From: a bacterium | GTDB lineage: Bacteria; Bacillota; Clostridia; Oscillospirales; Oscillospiraceae | Direction: 5' to 3' | Assembly (NCBI GenBank): GCA_963618015.1 | Contig: CAVEQS010000009.1 | Span: forward strand, 419 to 64,418 | DNA length: 64,000 nucleotides | In this document: positions 32,801 through 40,461 of the stretch, one piece after another | Position numbering within the stretch: position 1 is the first letter of the stretch | Layout of the letters: each line of letters opens with the position of its first letter | The notes under the pieces: generated by a model | What the model was told of the DNA's origin: nothing | What the model saw: the letters and a program-made list of their open reading frames with translations, nothing else | The model's database searches: none | Made by a program: the position numbers and the translations under genes

Positions 32801-33344
32801 CTACGATATGTATCTGAAGCTGCTTGAGGAGGCCGTACTCGAGGAAAAGGGCGAAAAGCCGCCCGTGCGCACCGAGTGCGCCGCCGATCTCTCCGTTACG
32901 GCGAACATCCCGGAAAAGTATGTCCCCAGCGCCGAGCAGCGCATGGATCTTTACCGCCGCATCGCGCTCATCCGCACCGAGGCGGATGCCGACGATCTCA
33001 CCGACGAGCTCATCGACCGCTTCGGCGACCCGCCGGGCGCCGTCAACGCGCTCATCCACGTGGCGCTTCTGCGCGGCGAGGCCGGGCGCGCCGGTATCTC
33101 GGACATCTCCCAGAAGGGGAACATGCTCTATTTCAAGGTAGAGAATTTCGACATGGAGACCCTCTCCGCGCTCTATGCGCAGAAGGAGTTCAAAGGCCGC
33201 GTCAAGCTCGAAGCCGGACGCGAACCGCGCCTGGGGCTGAAGCTCAAGCCCGGCGCCAAGCCCATACCGGAAGCCCGCGCGCTCATCGCCGCGTGGCACA
33301 AACTGCAAAAACCGGCGGCGGAGCCCGCCGCGGAAAAGGAGTAA
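29826..33344 (+). CDS. mfd: Transcription-repair coupling factor
   Basis: 1172 aa from ATG 29826 (MDAIIKAIGK). The ORF-track N-terminal 86 aa are read-through of repeat R8. RNAP-interaction domain VGDLVVHEHHGIGRF; SF2 helicase motifs CGDVGYGKTEVAMRAA, DEEQRFGV, LSATPIPRTL, QLHQLRGRVGRS. Confidence 0.96.
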   Translation: MDAIIKAIGKTPSLATLPLRVEEGYLPALLTQSGGAMRALGAAMLRRETDRPIFVLCTDDSNAGTLAADLEALLGESVVQLTGRDLALRDIEVVSRQEEQRRLRALDALYAGASVAVCTVSGLLQRTLPPDILENAAFTLRVGEGEGPEALEPRLLACGYRRSDMVEGPGQFSRRGGILDIFSPGAERPVRAEFWGDEIDSMGFFDTDTQRRTENVESFRVLPACEALVDPNRAESIAKALLSRAARAERREQGELARRLRRDAERVSSGAPLPWSDRYLPELYSEYSTALDFIAPDAIFYIDAPNRCAEKAKDIADSLADDLKILREGAFPVVDTGDYLLPWKDACEKIADFAVVMADAFSAGRYPLSPRSVLDTNVRQLPSYGGSAETALADVQRYLENGFRVVVFASDERRADVLASMLERNGIPPLRGFPNGALPPEGRATVAVGALSAGLEAPEAHLAVLTDTQIAAGALRSRKRKRAMADREKLGSCADLSVGDLVVHEHHGIGRFAGIFKLPVDGVEKDYIKICYAGSDSLYVPATQLDLVSKYIGGGEDRPVKLSRMGGAEWKKTTTRAKAAAKELAAELTKLYAARARTPGFAFSPDSPWQTEFEESFGYAETDDQLRCIQEIKDDMEKAVPMDRLLCGDVGYGKTEVAMRAAMKCILDGKQCAILVPTTVLARQHYQTAMRRFFGYPVEIALLSRYSTPSQKKDILKKTLAGSIDLLIGTHSLLQKSVAFRDLGLLIVDEEQRFGVTHKEKLKEMSKGVDVLTLSATPIPRTLNMALSGLRSMSTIEEPPRDRQPVQTFVMEQDEKAVCDAIRRELLRGGQVYYLHNRVENIEHVALRLQKQLGGGVSVGVAHGKMDEEQLSRVMDDMVEGKIQVLVCTTIIETGIDIPNVNTLIVEDADRLGLAQLHQLRGRVGRSARRASAYLLYRPSKALTEIAEKRLTAIREFAEFNAGFQIAMRDLEIRGAGNLLGAEQSGHMMDVGYDMYLKLLEEAVLEEKGEKPPVRTECAADLSVTANIPEKYVPSAEQRMDLYRRIALIRTEADADDLTDELIDRFGDPPGAVNALIHVALLRGEAGRAGISDISQKGNMLYFKVENFDMETLSALYAQKEFKGRVKLEAGREPRLGLKLKPGAKPIPEARALIAAWHKLQKPAAEPAAEKE

Positions 33345-33349
33345 AATCT

Positions 33350-34858
33350 ATGAACGCAAAGAAACTGCTCGCCCTGCTGATGAGTCTTGTGCTGCTGCTC
33401 GGCGCGCTGGGCATCCCGGCGCTTGCCGCCGACGAGAAGACCGCCTCCCCCGAAGCGACCGGCACGCCCACCGAGGGCGTCACAGACAGCGCTTCCGACG
33501 ACGCGAACGCCGCCGTCAATGAGATGCAGGAAAAGTATGCGCAGATCGAAGCCCAGCTTGACGCGGCGGGCAAGAAGTACGACGGCTCCGCCGTCGTCGC
33601 CACCGTGAACGGCACGGAAGTCACCTGGACGCTCTGCTACTATCTCATCGGCAGCCTGACGAGCCAGTACATCAACTACACCGTGTCGATCCCCGACTTT
33701 TCCACCGACATGGGCGACGGCGTCACGCTTCAGGACGCGATGCGCGAGGCGGTCGAAGCGCGGATGAAGTATTATACCGTCGCGACCGCCGAAGCGGAAA
33801 AGCGCGGCCTGACCGACACGGTGAACGCCGAGGTCGAGGAGCAGTGGCAGAGTGTGGTAGAGAGCTTCGGCGGCGTGGATGCGTTGATGGAGGCCATCGA
33901 AAATGCATATCTCGATGAGCCGACCTACCGGCAGCTCCTTGCGACCAACGCCGCGTTCAACGCCATCATGGTGGATTCCTACGGCACCGCGGGCGAGAAG
34001 CTCACGGACGAGGAAGTCCTCTCCTGGGCGAACGACAACAATTACCTCCGCTGCAAGCACATCCTCTTCCTCACGCAGAACGACGACGGCACCGACAAGA
34101 CCGACGAGGAGAAGGCGGAGATCCGCAAGGAGGCCGAGGCGACGCTCAAGGAGCTGCGCGCGCTGGAGGGCGACCGCGAGGCGATGATGGAGCGCTTTGA
34201 TGCTCTCATGGCGGAAGCCGACGACCCCGGCATGACAACGTTCCCGGACGGCTATACCTTTACGGAAAACCAGATGGTGCAGGAGTTTGAGGACGGCACC
34301 CGTGCGCTCGAAGAGTACGCGATTTCCGACATTGTGGAGTCGAGCTACGGCTACCACATCATTCTCCGCCTGCCGCTCGATCCCGACGGCAAGACCCTCT
34401 CGCAGGATTCCGGCACGGGCGATTATATGACGCTGCGCACCGACGCCGCCAACGAGCTCTTCAACGCCATGCTCATCGACTGGATCGAGAACGCCACGGT
34501 CGAGTGGAAGGACGATTTCGGCTCGCTGGACTATAACGAACTCTTCGCCGTGCCGGAGGACGGAACGGCGGACGATACCGCTGCGCCGGAGAGCACGGGC
34601 TCCTCCCGCGTGTGGATGTATATCGCCATCGCGGCGATCGTTGTTGTCATCGCACTTGCGGCGGTGCTGCTCGGCAATAAGAAGAAGTCTGCCGCGCCGG
34701 AAGTGACGGAAACCGCCGGGACCGCGGAAGAAACTCCCGCCGAAGAGCCGGAAAAGACGGAAGAGCCGGAGACCGCGCCGGAGGAAGCTCCCGCCGAAAC
34801 CGAGAAAGCCGAAGAGCCGGAGGCGGAACCGGAGACGAAAAAGGAAGAGGACGAATGA
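33350..34858 (+). CDS. PrsA/SurA-like parvulin peptidyl-prolyl isomerase with C-terminal TM anchor and acidic tail
   Basis: Signal peptide MNAKKLLALLMSLVLLLGALGIPALAA and parvulin core SSYGYHIILRL. A late TM (VWMYIAIAAIVVVIALAAVLL) is followed by a PAEE/PE-rich tail. Real start is 33350, not the track's 32876. Confidence 0.85.
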   Translation: MNAKKLLALLMSLVLLLGALGIPALAADEKTASPEATGTPTEGVTDSASDDANAAVNEMQEKYAQIEAQLDAAGKKYDGSAVVATVNGTEVTWTLCYYLIGSLTSQYINYTVSIPDFSTDMGDGVTLQDAMREAVEARMKYYTVATAEAEKRGLTDTVNAEVEEQWQSVVESFGGVDALMEAIENAYLDEPTYRQLLATNAAFNAIMVDSYGTAGEKLTDEEVLSWANDNNYLRCKHILFLTQNDDGTDKTDEEKAEIRKEAEATLKELRALEGDREAMMERFDALMAEADDPGMTTFPDGYTFTENQMVQEFEDGTRALEEYAISDIVESSYGYHIILRLPLDPDGKTLSQDSGTGDYMTLRTDAANELFNAMLIDWIENATVEWKDDFGSLDYNELFAVPEDGTADDTAAPESTGSSRVWMYIAIAAIVVVIALAAVLLGNKKKSAAPEVTETAGTAEETPAEEPEKTEEPETAPEEAPAETEKAEEPEAEPETKKEEDE

Positions 34859-35433
34859 TCCTCTTCCATTACTCCGTGGATTCCTACACGGACTCGCCCA
34901 GTCTCACGAACGACTTTGCCGGGCATTATAAATACGCCGAGCCGTTCCTGCTCGCACTCGAGCGGGGGCGGCAGGTGTTCGATGCGGTGTTTTATTCCGC
35001 AATGTACGCCTCCCGTGATCTCGTTGATCTTGGGCTGCGCAAAAACGAGAATTACCGCAAGGACGCCGTCGAGGGCATTTTTGAATATGTCCGCCGGACG
35101 GAATTCGGCGGCGTACCGGTGAGCCGCCTGCACTGCGTGTACTACTGCGCTTCCCTGGAAGAGGCGCGGAAGTATGCCTATGACGATGCGCTCGCCGACG
35201 GCGGCTTCGCAAAGGAGCAGGTAAAGCTCCTCACCGTGGAAACGGAGGAGAGCCGCGCCTACGCCTACGATCAGCAGTTTTATAACGCCGCCAAGGAAGA
35301 GATCGACAAAAACAACATCGACGCGGTGTTCGCCCTCGCGCGGAAATACTTTGCGCTCGAGCGCACCGAAAGCCCCCTTATCGAGATCCTCGCCGACGGC
35401 GACAACCGCGTGCTGAAGGTTGAGACATACTAA
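34855..35433 (+). CDS. Hypothetical cytoplasmic protein (192 aa), translationally coupled to the PPIase gene
   Basis: ATGA overlap with the upstream stop. Codon usage looks native. No motif I can assign to a family. Confidence 0.6.
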   Translation: MILFHYSVDSYTDSPSLTNDFAGHYKYAEPFLLALERGRQVFDAVFYSAMYASRDLVDLGLRKNENYRKDAVEGIFEYVRRTEFGGVPVSRLHCVYYCASLEEARKYAYDDALADGGFAKEQVKLLTVETEESRAYAYDQQFYNAAKEEIDKNNIDAVFALARKYFALERTESPLIEILADGDNRVLKVETY

Positions 35434-35436
35434 CTA

Positions 35437-35565
35437 AAAAAGCCTCCCTTGTGTAAAGGGAGGTGGCGCGGCGCAAAGCGCCGTGACGGAGGGATTGTCT
35501 TTCTCCGGAAACTACAATCCCCCAGTCAGCTTTGCGGCTGACAGCCCCCTTTACACAAGGGGGCC
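35437..35565. repeat. Repeat cluster R9: <B2 spacer A2> (type-2 composite)
   Basis: AAAAAGCCTCCCTTgtgtAAAGGGAGGTGGCGCGGCGCaaaGCGCCGTGACGGAGGGATTGT, a 15-nt spacer, then ACAATCCCCCAGTCAGC..GCTGACAGCCCCCTTTacacAAGGGGGCC. It starts 3 nt after the stop of the hypothetical gene. Confidence 0.85.
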
Positions 35566-35570
35566 ATTGA

Positions 35571-35617
35571 CTTGAAAAAGCAGCCTCCTGTGAACATCGT
35601 GTCACGGGAGGCTGCTT
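35571..35617 (-). terminator. Intrinsic terminator of the XRE gene
   Basis: The minus strand reads AAGCAGCCTCCC-gtgacacgatgttcaca-GGAGGCTGCTT followed by TTTCAAG. The 5' arm overlaps the stop codon. Confidence 0.65.
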
Positions 35618-35924
35618 ATTCATTCATCTTTTTCATAATGCCGAGGATGTACTCCATCGACTTGGCGTCCAGCCGCTTTGCTTCCCGGATGAGTTCCCGC
35701 AGAGCTGCGGGGTCGGCGTTCTCTTCATCGAAAAATTCCTTTGGCGTGACGCCCAAATACTCGCAGATATAGAAGAAGGACTGCATGGCGGGCAGAGATT
35801 TTTTGTTTTCGATGTTGTTGATATAGTTGTTCGCCTGCCCCAGCGACAGAGACATATCCCGCGCCGATACGCCTTTCTTTGCGCGCAGCTGCGCGATCCG
35901 CTCCGGGACAAAATCTTCGTACAT
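35616..35924 (-). CDS. XRE-family helix-turn-helix transcriptional regulator
   Basis: IAQLRAKKGVSARDMSLSLGQANNYINNIENKKSLPAMQSFFYICEYLGVTPKEFF is a classical Cro/C1 HTH. Start set to ATG 35924, 8 nt after GAGGAGG. Confidence 0.85.
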   Translation of the reverse strand: MYEDFVPERIAQLRAKKGVSARDMSLSLGQANNYINNIENKKSLPAMQSFFYICEYLGVTPKEFFDEENADPAALRELIREAKRLDAKSMEYILGIMKKMNE

Positions 35925-36079
35925 CCGCTTCGCCTCCTCGTAATACAATAGATTGTACTTTACGAGAGCGCTTAAACCGATAGAACAAAAGGGGCGTTTT
36001 TATTGACGTAAAGACATTAACCTATTACAATGAAATAAACGATAGATTAAAACTATCTTTCCGCGAGGGGGACGTTTCT

Positions 36080-36589
36080 ATGCGGGGAAAAAAGTGCTGT
36101 GTTACCGGGCATCGCGATATCCCGTCGGATTGCATTGACTATGTAAAGACGTCTTTGGAACAGGAGATCGACTGTGCGATCAACGACGGCTTTTCCTGCT
36201 TTATCTCCGGCTTTGCGGATGGAGCCGACCTGCTGTTTGCGGAGATCGTTGCGGATCGGATCGCAAAGTATCCGGCGCTTCGGATGATCGCAGCCATTCC
36301 GTACCGGAAGCGCCTGGATAAACTGAAAAAATCGGAGCATACAAAAGCACTGCTTGATCGTTGTGCTGAAATCTATGTTGCCGCGGAAGAATATCATCCC
36401 GGTGTTTTTGCCAAGCGGAACCGCTATATGGTCGAGTGTTCGGAGCGGGTGATCGCCGTCTATGACGGCCGTGAGAAGGGCGGTACCGCCGGGACGATTC
36501 AACTGGCGCACACCATGAAAAAGGAACTGCGGCAAATAAAAACAGCTCCCTCTGACGAGGGAGCTGGCAGCGGCATTGCCGCTGACTGA
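36080..36589 (+). CDS. SLOG-superfamily protein (DUF1273 / YpsA-like)
   Basis: CCVTGHRDIP, FISGFADGADLLFAEIV, RNRYMVECSERVIAVYDGREKGGTAGT match the DUF1273/YpsA Rossmannoid pattern. The last ~15 codons (TAPSDEGAGSGIAAD) and the stop codon lie inside repeat module R10. Confidence 0.75.
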   Translation: MRGKKCCVTGHRDIPSDCIDYVKTSLEQEIDCAINDGFSCFISGFADGADLLFAEIVADRIAKYPALRMIAAIPYRKRLDKLKKSEHTKALLDRCAEIYVAAEEYHPGVFAKRNRYMVECSERVIAVYDGREKGGTAGTIQLAHTMKKELRQIKTAPSDEGAGSGIAAD

Positions 36590-36594
36590 GGGAG
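36543..36594. repeat. Repeat R10: solo inverted A module
   Basis: CAGCTCCCTCtgacGAGGGAGCTGGCAGCGGCattGCCGCTGACTGAGGGAG. It overlaps the 3' end of the SLOG gene. Confidence 0.75.
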
Positions 36595-36611
36595 AGAAAA
36601 CTGAGGCAACT

Positions 36612-37001
36612 TTACAATTGCGCAGCGCCCTGCGCCTCGTGCTTTGCGAGATGACGCTTGATGGCCTGGAACGTCTCGTCGCTGATGTAGTGCTCCACGC
36701 GGCAGGCGTCCTCGGCGGCGGTCTCCTCGTTCACGCCGAGCATGGTGAACATCTTCGTGAGACAGGTGTGGCGCTCAAAAATGTACTGCGCGCGCGCCTT
36801 GCCCGTTTCCGTGAGCGTGATGGCGCCGAACTTGTCCACCGTGATGAGCTCCTGCTTTTTCAAAATGCCGATCGCCCGGCTGACCGAGGGCTTCGAGTAG
36901 CCAATGTATTCGCTCACGTCGATCGAGCGCACGACCGGCAGCGACTTGCTCAGCCGATATATGGTTTCGAGGTACATTTCCCCGGATTCCTGCATGACCA
37001 T
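36612..37001 (-). CDS. DtxR/IdeR/MntR-family metal-dependent transcriptional repressor (no SH3-like domain)
   Basis: MYLETIYRLS...VRSIDVSEYIGYSKPSVSRAIGILKKQELI HTH plus a metal-binding/dimerisation helix region. 129 aa, divergent from the feo operon. Confidence 0.88.
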   Translation of the reverse strand: MVMQESGEMYLETIYRLSKSLPVVRSIDVSEYIGYSKPSVSRAIGILKKQELITVDKFGAITLTETGKARAQYIFERHTCLTKMFTMLGVNEETAAEDACRVEHYISDETFQAIKRHLAKHEAQGAAQL

Positions 37002-37146
37002 GAAAAAAACTCCGTTTCGTTGGATGATTATTTATTACCATATCACAATCAATTTCAAAAAACAAGCGAAATTCCACCTTCGTGCCGTGTCGGCCCCGGT
37101 CGTTTTGTGCCGAATATACAAAGATGAAAAAACAGTGAATTCCCTC

Positions 37147-37175
37147 TTGACAAGTTAGTCCGGGGTAACTATTAT
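37147..37175 (+). promoter_or_regulatory. Sigma-A-type promoter of the feo operon
   Basis: TTGACA (37147..37152), 17 nt, TATTAT (37170..37175). Confidence 0.6.
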
Positions 37176-37182
37176 ATAAGGC

Positions 37183-37200
37183 GGTTAGCGAGAACTAACC
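37183..37200. promoter_or_regulatory. Putative DtxR-family operator 1
   Basis: GGTTAG-cgagaa-CTAACC palindrome directly downstream of the -10. The arms equal the IdeR/DtxR half-site core GGTTAG/CTAACC. Confidence 0.5.
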
Positions 37201-37217
37201 GCTTATTTTTGCGCATA

Positions 37218-37235
37218 TGTTAGCGTGAGCTAACA
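37218..37235. promoter_or_regulatory. Putative DtxR-family operator 2
   Basis: TGTTAGC-gtga-GCTAACA palindrome just before the feoA RBS GGGAGGAGG. Confidence 0.5.
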
Positions 37236-37254
37236 TTTGGGAGGAGGATGCGGC

Positions 37255-37467
37255 ATGATGCCGTTGGTACTGGCGAGTGTCGGAGAACCGCAGATCGTAA
37301 AGCGCATCGGCGGAAATCCGGAGACGAAGCGCCATCTCGAAGATCTTGGCTTCACGGTCGGCGGCGAGGTCTGCATCGTGAGCACGCTGGGCGGAAACGT
37401 GATCGTGAAGGTCAAAGAGTCCCGCGTGGCCGTCAGCGATGAGCTGGCGCGCAAGATCATGGTCTGA
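37255..37467 (+). CDS. feoA: FeoA-family protein (copy 1)
   Basis: About 70 aa SH3-like FeoA pattern (GEPQIVKRIGG...RHLEDLGFTVGGEV.V......G.VIVKV..SRVAV). Start at the ATG after the RBS. Confidence 0.85.
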   Translation: MMPLVLASVGEPQIVKRIGGNPETKRHLEDLGFTVGGEVCIVSTLGGNVIVKVKESRVAVSDELARKIMV

Positions 37468-37506
37468 TTTGGAAAGAAAAGAAAATAATAATAAGGAGGC
37501 AATGGC

Positions 37507-37728
37507 ATGAAAACTCTGCGCGAAGTGCCGGTCGGCTCGACCGTCAAGGTCGTGAAGCTCCATGGCGAGGGTGCGGTGAAGCGCCGCATCATGGACATGG
37601 GCATCACGAGAGGCACCCAGGTCTTTGTTCGCAAGGTAGCGCCCCTCGGCGACCCCATCGAAGTCACCGTCCGCAATTACGAGCTTTCGATCCGCAAGGC
37701 GGACGCTGAGATGATCGAGGTCGAGTAA
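37507..37728 (+). CDS. feoA: FeoA-family protein (copy 2)
   Basis: LREVPVGSTVKVVKLHGEGAVKRRIMDMGITRGTQVFVRKVAPLGDPIEV..R.YELSIRK.DAEMIEV is a classical FeoA. Confidence 0.88.
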   Translation: MKTLREVPVGSTVKVVKLHGEGAVKRRIMDMGITRGTQVFVRKVAPLGDPIEVTVRNYELSIRKADAEMIEVE

Positions 37729-37768
37729 AAAACTTTTCGGGGAGAGCCCCCCAATTTTTTCGAGCAGC

Positions 37769-37786
37769 GGTTAGCGAGAGCAAACC
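37769..37786. promoter_or_regulatory. Third, imperfect copy of the operator-like palindrome upstream of feoB
   Basis: GGTTAGCGAGAGCAAACC, flanked by GC..GC. Same 5' half as operator 1. Confidence 0.35.
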
Positions 37787-37824
37787 GCAGAAAAGCTTTT
37801 TGAGAGCAGAAAGGAAGCGTGAAA

Positions 37825-40230
37825 ATGGATTTGCGCATCGCCCTTGCGGGCAACCCGAACAGCGGCAAAACCACCCTGTTCAACGCTCTGACCGGCTCCA
37901 ACCAGTTCGTCGGCAACTGGCCGGGCGTCACGGTCGAGAAAAAGGAAGGCAAGCTCAAAGGTCATGAAGGTGTCATCATCACCGACCTTCCGGGCATTTA
38001 TTCTCTGTCCCCCTACACGCTGGAGGAAGTCGTAGCGAGAAATTACCTCATCGGCACGCGCCCCGATGCCATTTTGAACATCATCGACGGCACGAACCTG
38101 GAGCGTAACCTCTACCTCACCACCCAGCTCACCGAGCTCGGCATCCCCGTGGTGCTGGCGGTGAACATGATGGACGTCGTCCGCAAGAACGGCGACAAGA
38201 TCGACGTTGCGGAGCTGTCCCGTCAGCTCGGCTGCCCGGTCGTGGAGATCTCCGCGCTGAAGGGCGACGGCGTCAAGGAAGCCGCCGAGACCGCCATCAA
38301 AGCCGCAAAGGGCGGCAAGACCATCCCGATGCACAAGTTCTCCGGCCCGGTCGAGCACGCCATTGCCCACATCGAAGAGGCTGCCGTGCACACCATGCCC
38401 GAAGAGCAGCAGCGCTGGTACGCCGTCAAGGTGTTCGAGCGCGACGATAAGGTCCTCGAATCCCTGAACATCCCGGCCGACGTCAAGGCTCACATCGAGC
38501 AGGACATCGAAGCCGCCGAGAAGGAACTCGACGACGACGCCGAGAGCATCATCACCAACGAGCGTTACGTTTACATCGCCGAGGTCATCAAGGCCTGCTA
38601 CAAGAAGAAAAACGCCGGCGCTCTCACCACCTCCGATAAGATCGATAAGATCGTCACGAACCGCTGGCTGGGTCTCCCGATCTTCGCGGTCGTGATGTTC
38701 CTCGTTTACTGGATCGCCATGGTCGCCGTCGGCGCCCCCGCGACCGACTGGGCCAACGACGGCCTGTTCGGCGACGGCTGGCACCTGTTCGGCATCGGCT
38801 CTGCCGCATACGAAGAAGTCGCTGAGCAGTACGGCGACGCCTCCGCCATCGTGGACGGCTACGACGCTTACGTCGAAGAAAACGGCACCGCTCCCGAAGG
38901 CGAATTTACTTACGAAGTAGAAGACGAAGAGACCCTCGAGATCACCGAAGAGACCGCGACGCTCGCCGATTACGAAGAGGCTGTCGCCACGCTCGACGAG
39001 ATCGGCGATGAGCCCGATCCGGCGGATTACGGTGTTTGGGTCCCCGGCATCCCCGTGCTGATCGGCAACGCTCTTGAGGCGGCCGGCGCGGCGGAATGGC
39101 TCAGCGGCCTGATCCTTGACGGTATCGTCGCCGGTGTCGGCGCGGTGCTCGGCTTCGTGCCGCAGATGCTCGTCCTCTTCCTGCTCCTCGCGTTCCTCGA
39201 GGCCTGCGGCTACATGGCCCGTATCGCGTTCGTTCTTGACCGTGTGTTCCGCAAGTTCGGCCTTTCCGGTAAGTCCTTCATCCCGATGCTCATCGGCGTC
39301 GGCTGCGGCGTGCCGGGCGTCATGGCCTCGCGTACCATTGAAAATGAGCGCGACCGCCGTATGACGATCATGACCACCACGTTCATCCCCTGCGGCGCGA
39401 AGGTTCCGTTCATCGCCATGATCGCCGGTGCGATCTTCGGCGGCAGCGCCTGGGTCTCCACCTCCGCGTACTTCATCGGCATGGCCGCCATCGTTATTTC
39501 CGGCATCATGCTCAAGAAGACCAAGATGTTCGCCGGCGACCCCGCTCCGTTCGTCATGGAGCTGCCCGCCTACCACTGGCCGACTCTCGGCAACGTTCTC
39601 CGCAGCATGTGGGAGCGCGGCTGGAGCTTCATCAAGAAGGCCGGCACGATCATCCTGCTCTCCACCATCCTTGTCTGGTTCACCACGTACTTCGGCTGGG
39701 TTGACGGCCAGTTCCAGATGCTCTCCGAGGATCAGATCGACTACTCCATCCTCGCGGCCATCGGCGGCGCGATCTGCTGGATCTTTGCTCCTCTCGGCTG
39801 GGGCAACTGGCAGGCGACGGTCGCTTCCATCACCGGCCTCGTCGCCAAGGAGAACATCGTCGGCACGCTCGGCATTCTCTACGGCGCTGGCGAAGGCACC
39901 GTGTGGCAGCACATCGGCGCGGCGTTCACCGGCATCACCGGCTACTCGTTCCTCGTGTTCAACCTGCTGTGCGCTCCGTGCTTCGCGGCCATCGGCGCTA
40001 TCAAGCGCGAGATGAACAACGCCAAGTGGACGTGGTTCGCCATCGGCTACCAGTGCGTGTTCGCTTACGGCATCGCCCTGATGATCAACCAGTTCGGCGG
40101 CCTCTTCACCGGCAACGTCAACGTTATCGGCCTGATCTTCGCGCTGCTCGTGCTTGCGTTCATCATCTACATGCTCTTCTTCAAGAAGTACACCGAGGCC
40201 ACCCGCCTCAGCGACAAGGCTGTTAAGTAA
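37825..40230 (+). CDS. feoB: Ferrous iron transporter FeoB
   Basis: G-domain GNPNSGKTTLFN, DLPGIYSL, NMMD, followed by a long polytopic membrane domain. ATG 37825 is 8 nt after AAGGAAG. Confidence 0.95.
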   Translation: MDLRIALAGNPNSGKTTLFNALTGSNQFVGNWPGVTVEKKEGKLKGHEGVIITDLPGIYSLSPYTLEEVVARNYLIGTRPDAILNIIDGTNLERNLYLTTQLTELGIPVVLAVNMMDVVRKNGDKIDVAELSRQLGCPVVEISALKGDGVKEAAETAIKAAKGGKTIPMHKFSGPVEHAIAHIEEAAVHTMPEEQQRWYAVKVFERDDKVLESLNIPADVKAHIEQDIEAAEKELDDDAESIITNERYVYIAEVIKACYKKKNAGALTTSDKIDKIVTNRWLGLPIFAVVMFLVYWIAMVAVGAPATDWANDGLFGDGWHLFGIGSAAYEEVAEQYGDASAIVDGYDAYVEENGTAPEGEFTYEVEDEETLEITEETATLADYEEAVATLDEIGDEPDPADYGVWVPGIPVLIGNALEAAGAAEWLSGLILDGIVAGVGAVLGFVPQMLVLFLLLAFLEACGYMARIAFVLDRVFRKFGLSGKSFIPMLIGVGCGVPGVMASRTIENERDRRMTIMTTTFIPCGAKVPFIAMIAGAIFGGSAWVSTSAYFIGMAAIVISGIMLKKTKMFAGDPAPFVMELPAYHWPTLGNVLRSMWERGWSFIKKAGTIILLSTILVWFTTYFGWVDGQFQMLSEDQIDYSILAAIGGAICWIFAPLGWGNWQATVASITGLVAKENIVGTLGILYGAGEGTVWQHIGAAFTGITGYSFLVFNLLCAPCFAAIGAIKREMNNAKWTWFAIGYQCVFAYGIALMINQFGGLFTGNVNVIGLIFALLVLAFIIYMLFFKKYTEATRLSDKAVK

Positions 40231-40275
40231 TCTCTCCTCTCCAACAAGCAAATTCCTCAAAGGAGGTAAGGTTTC

Positions 40276-40461
40276 ATGCTCAGCTGGATCATGGAAAACA
40301 TCGGAACGATCCTCATCACGATCGTTCTGGCGGTAATTGTCGTATTGATCATACGCTCGCTCGTAAAGGACAAGAAACAGGGAAAGTCGTCCTGCGGCGG
40401 AAACTGCGGCCATTGTCCGATGGGCGGCTCCTGCCACGAAGGAGGAAAACATCATGGTTAA
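40276..40461 (+). CDS. FeoB-associated Cys-rich membrane protein
   Basis: One TM plus a CGGNCGHCPMGGSC tail, directly after feoB. Confidence 0.8.
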   Translation: MLSWIMENIGTILITIVLAVIVVLIIRSLVKDKKQGKSSCGGNCGHCPMGGSCHEGGKHHG

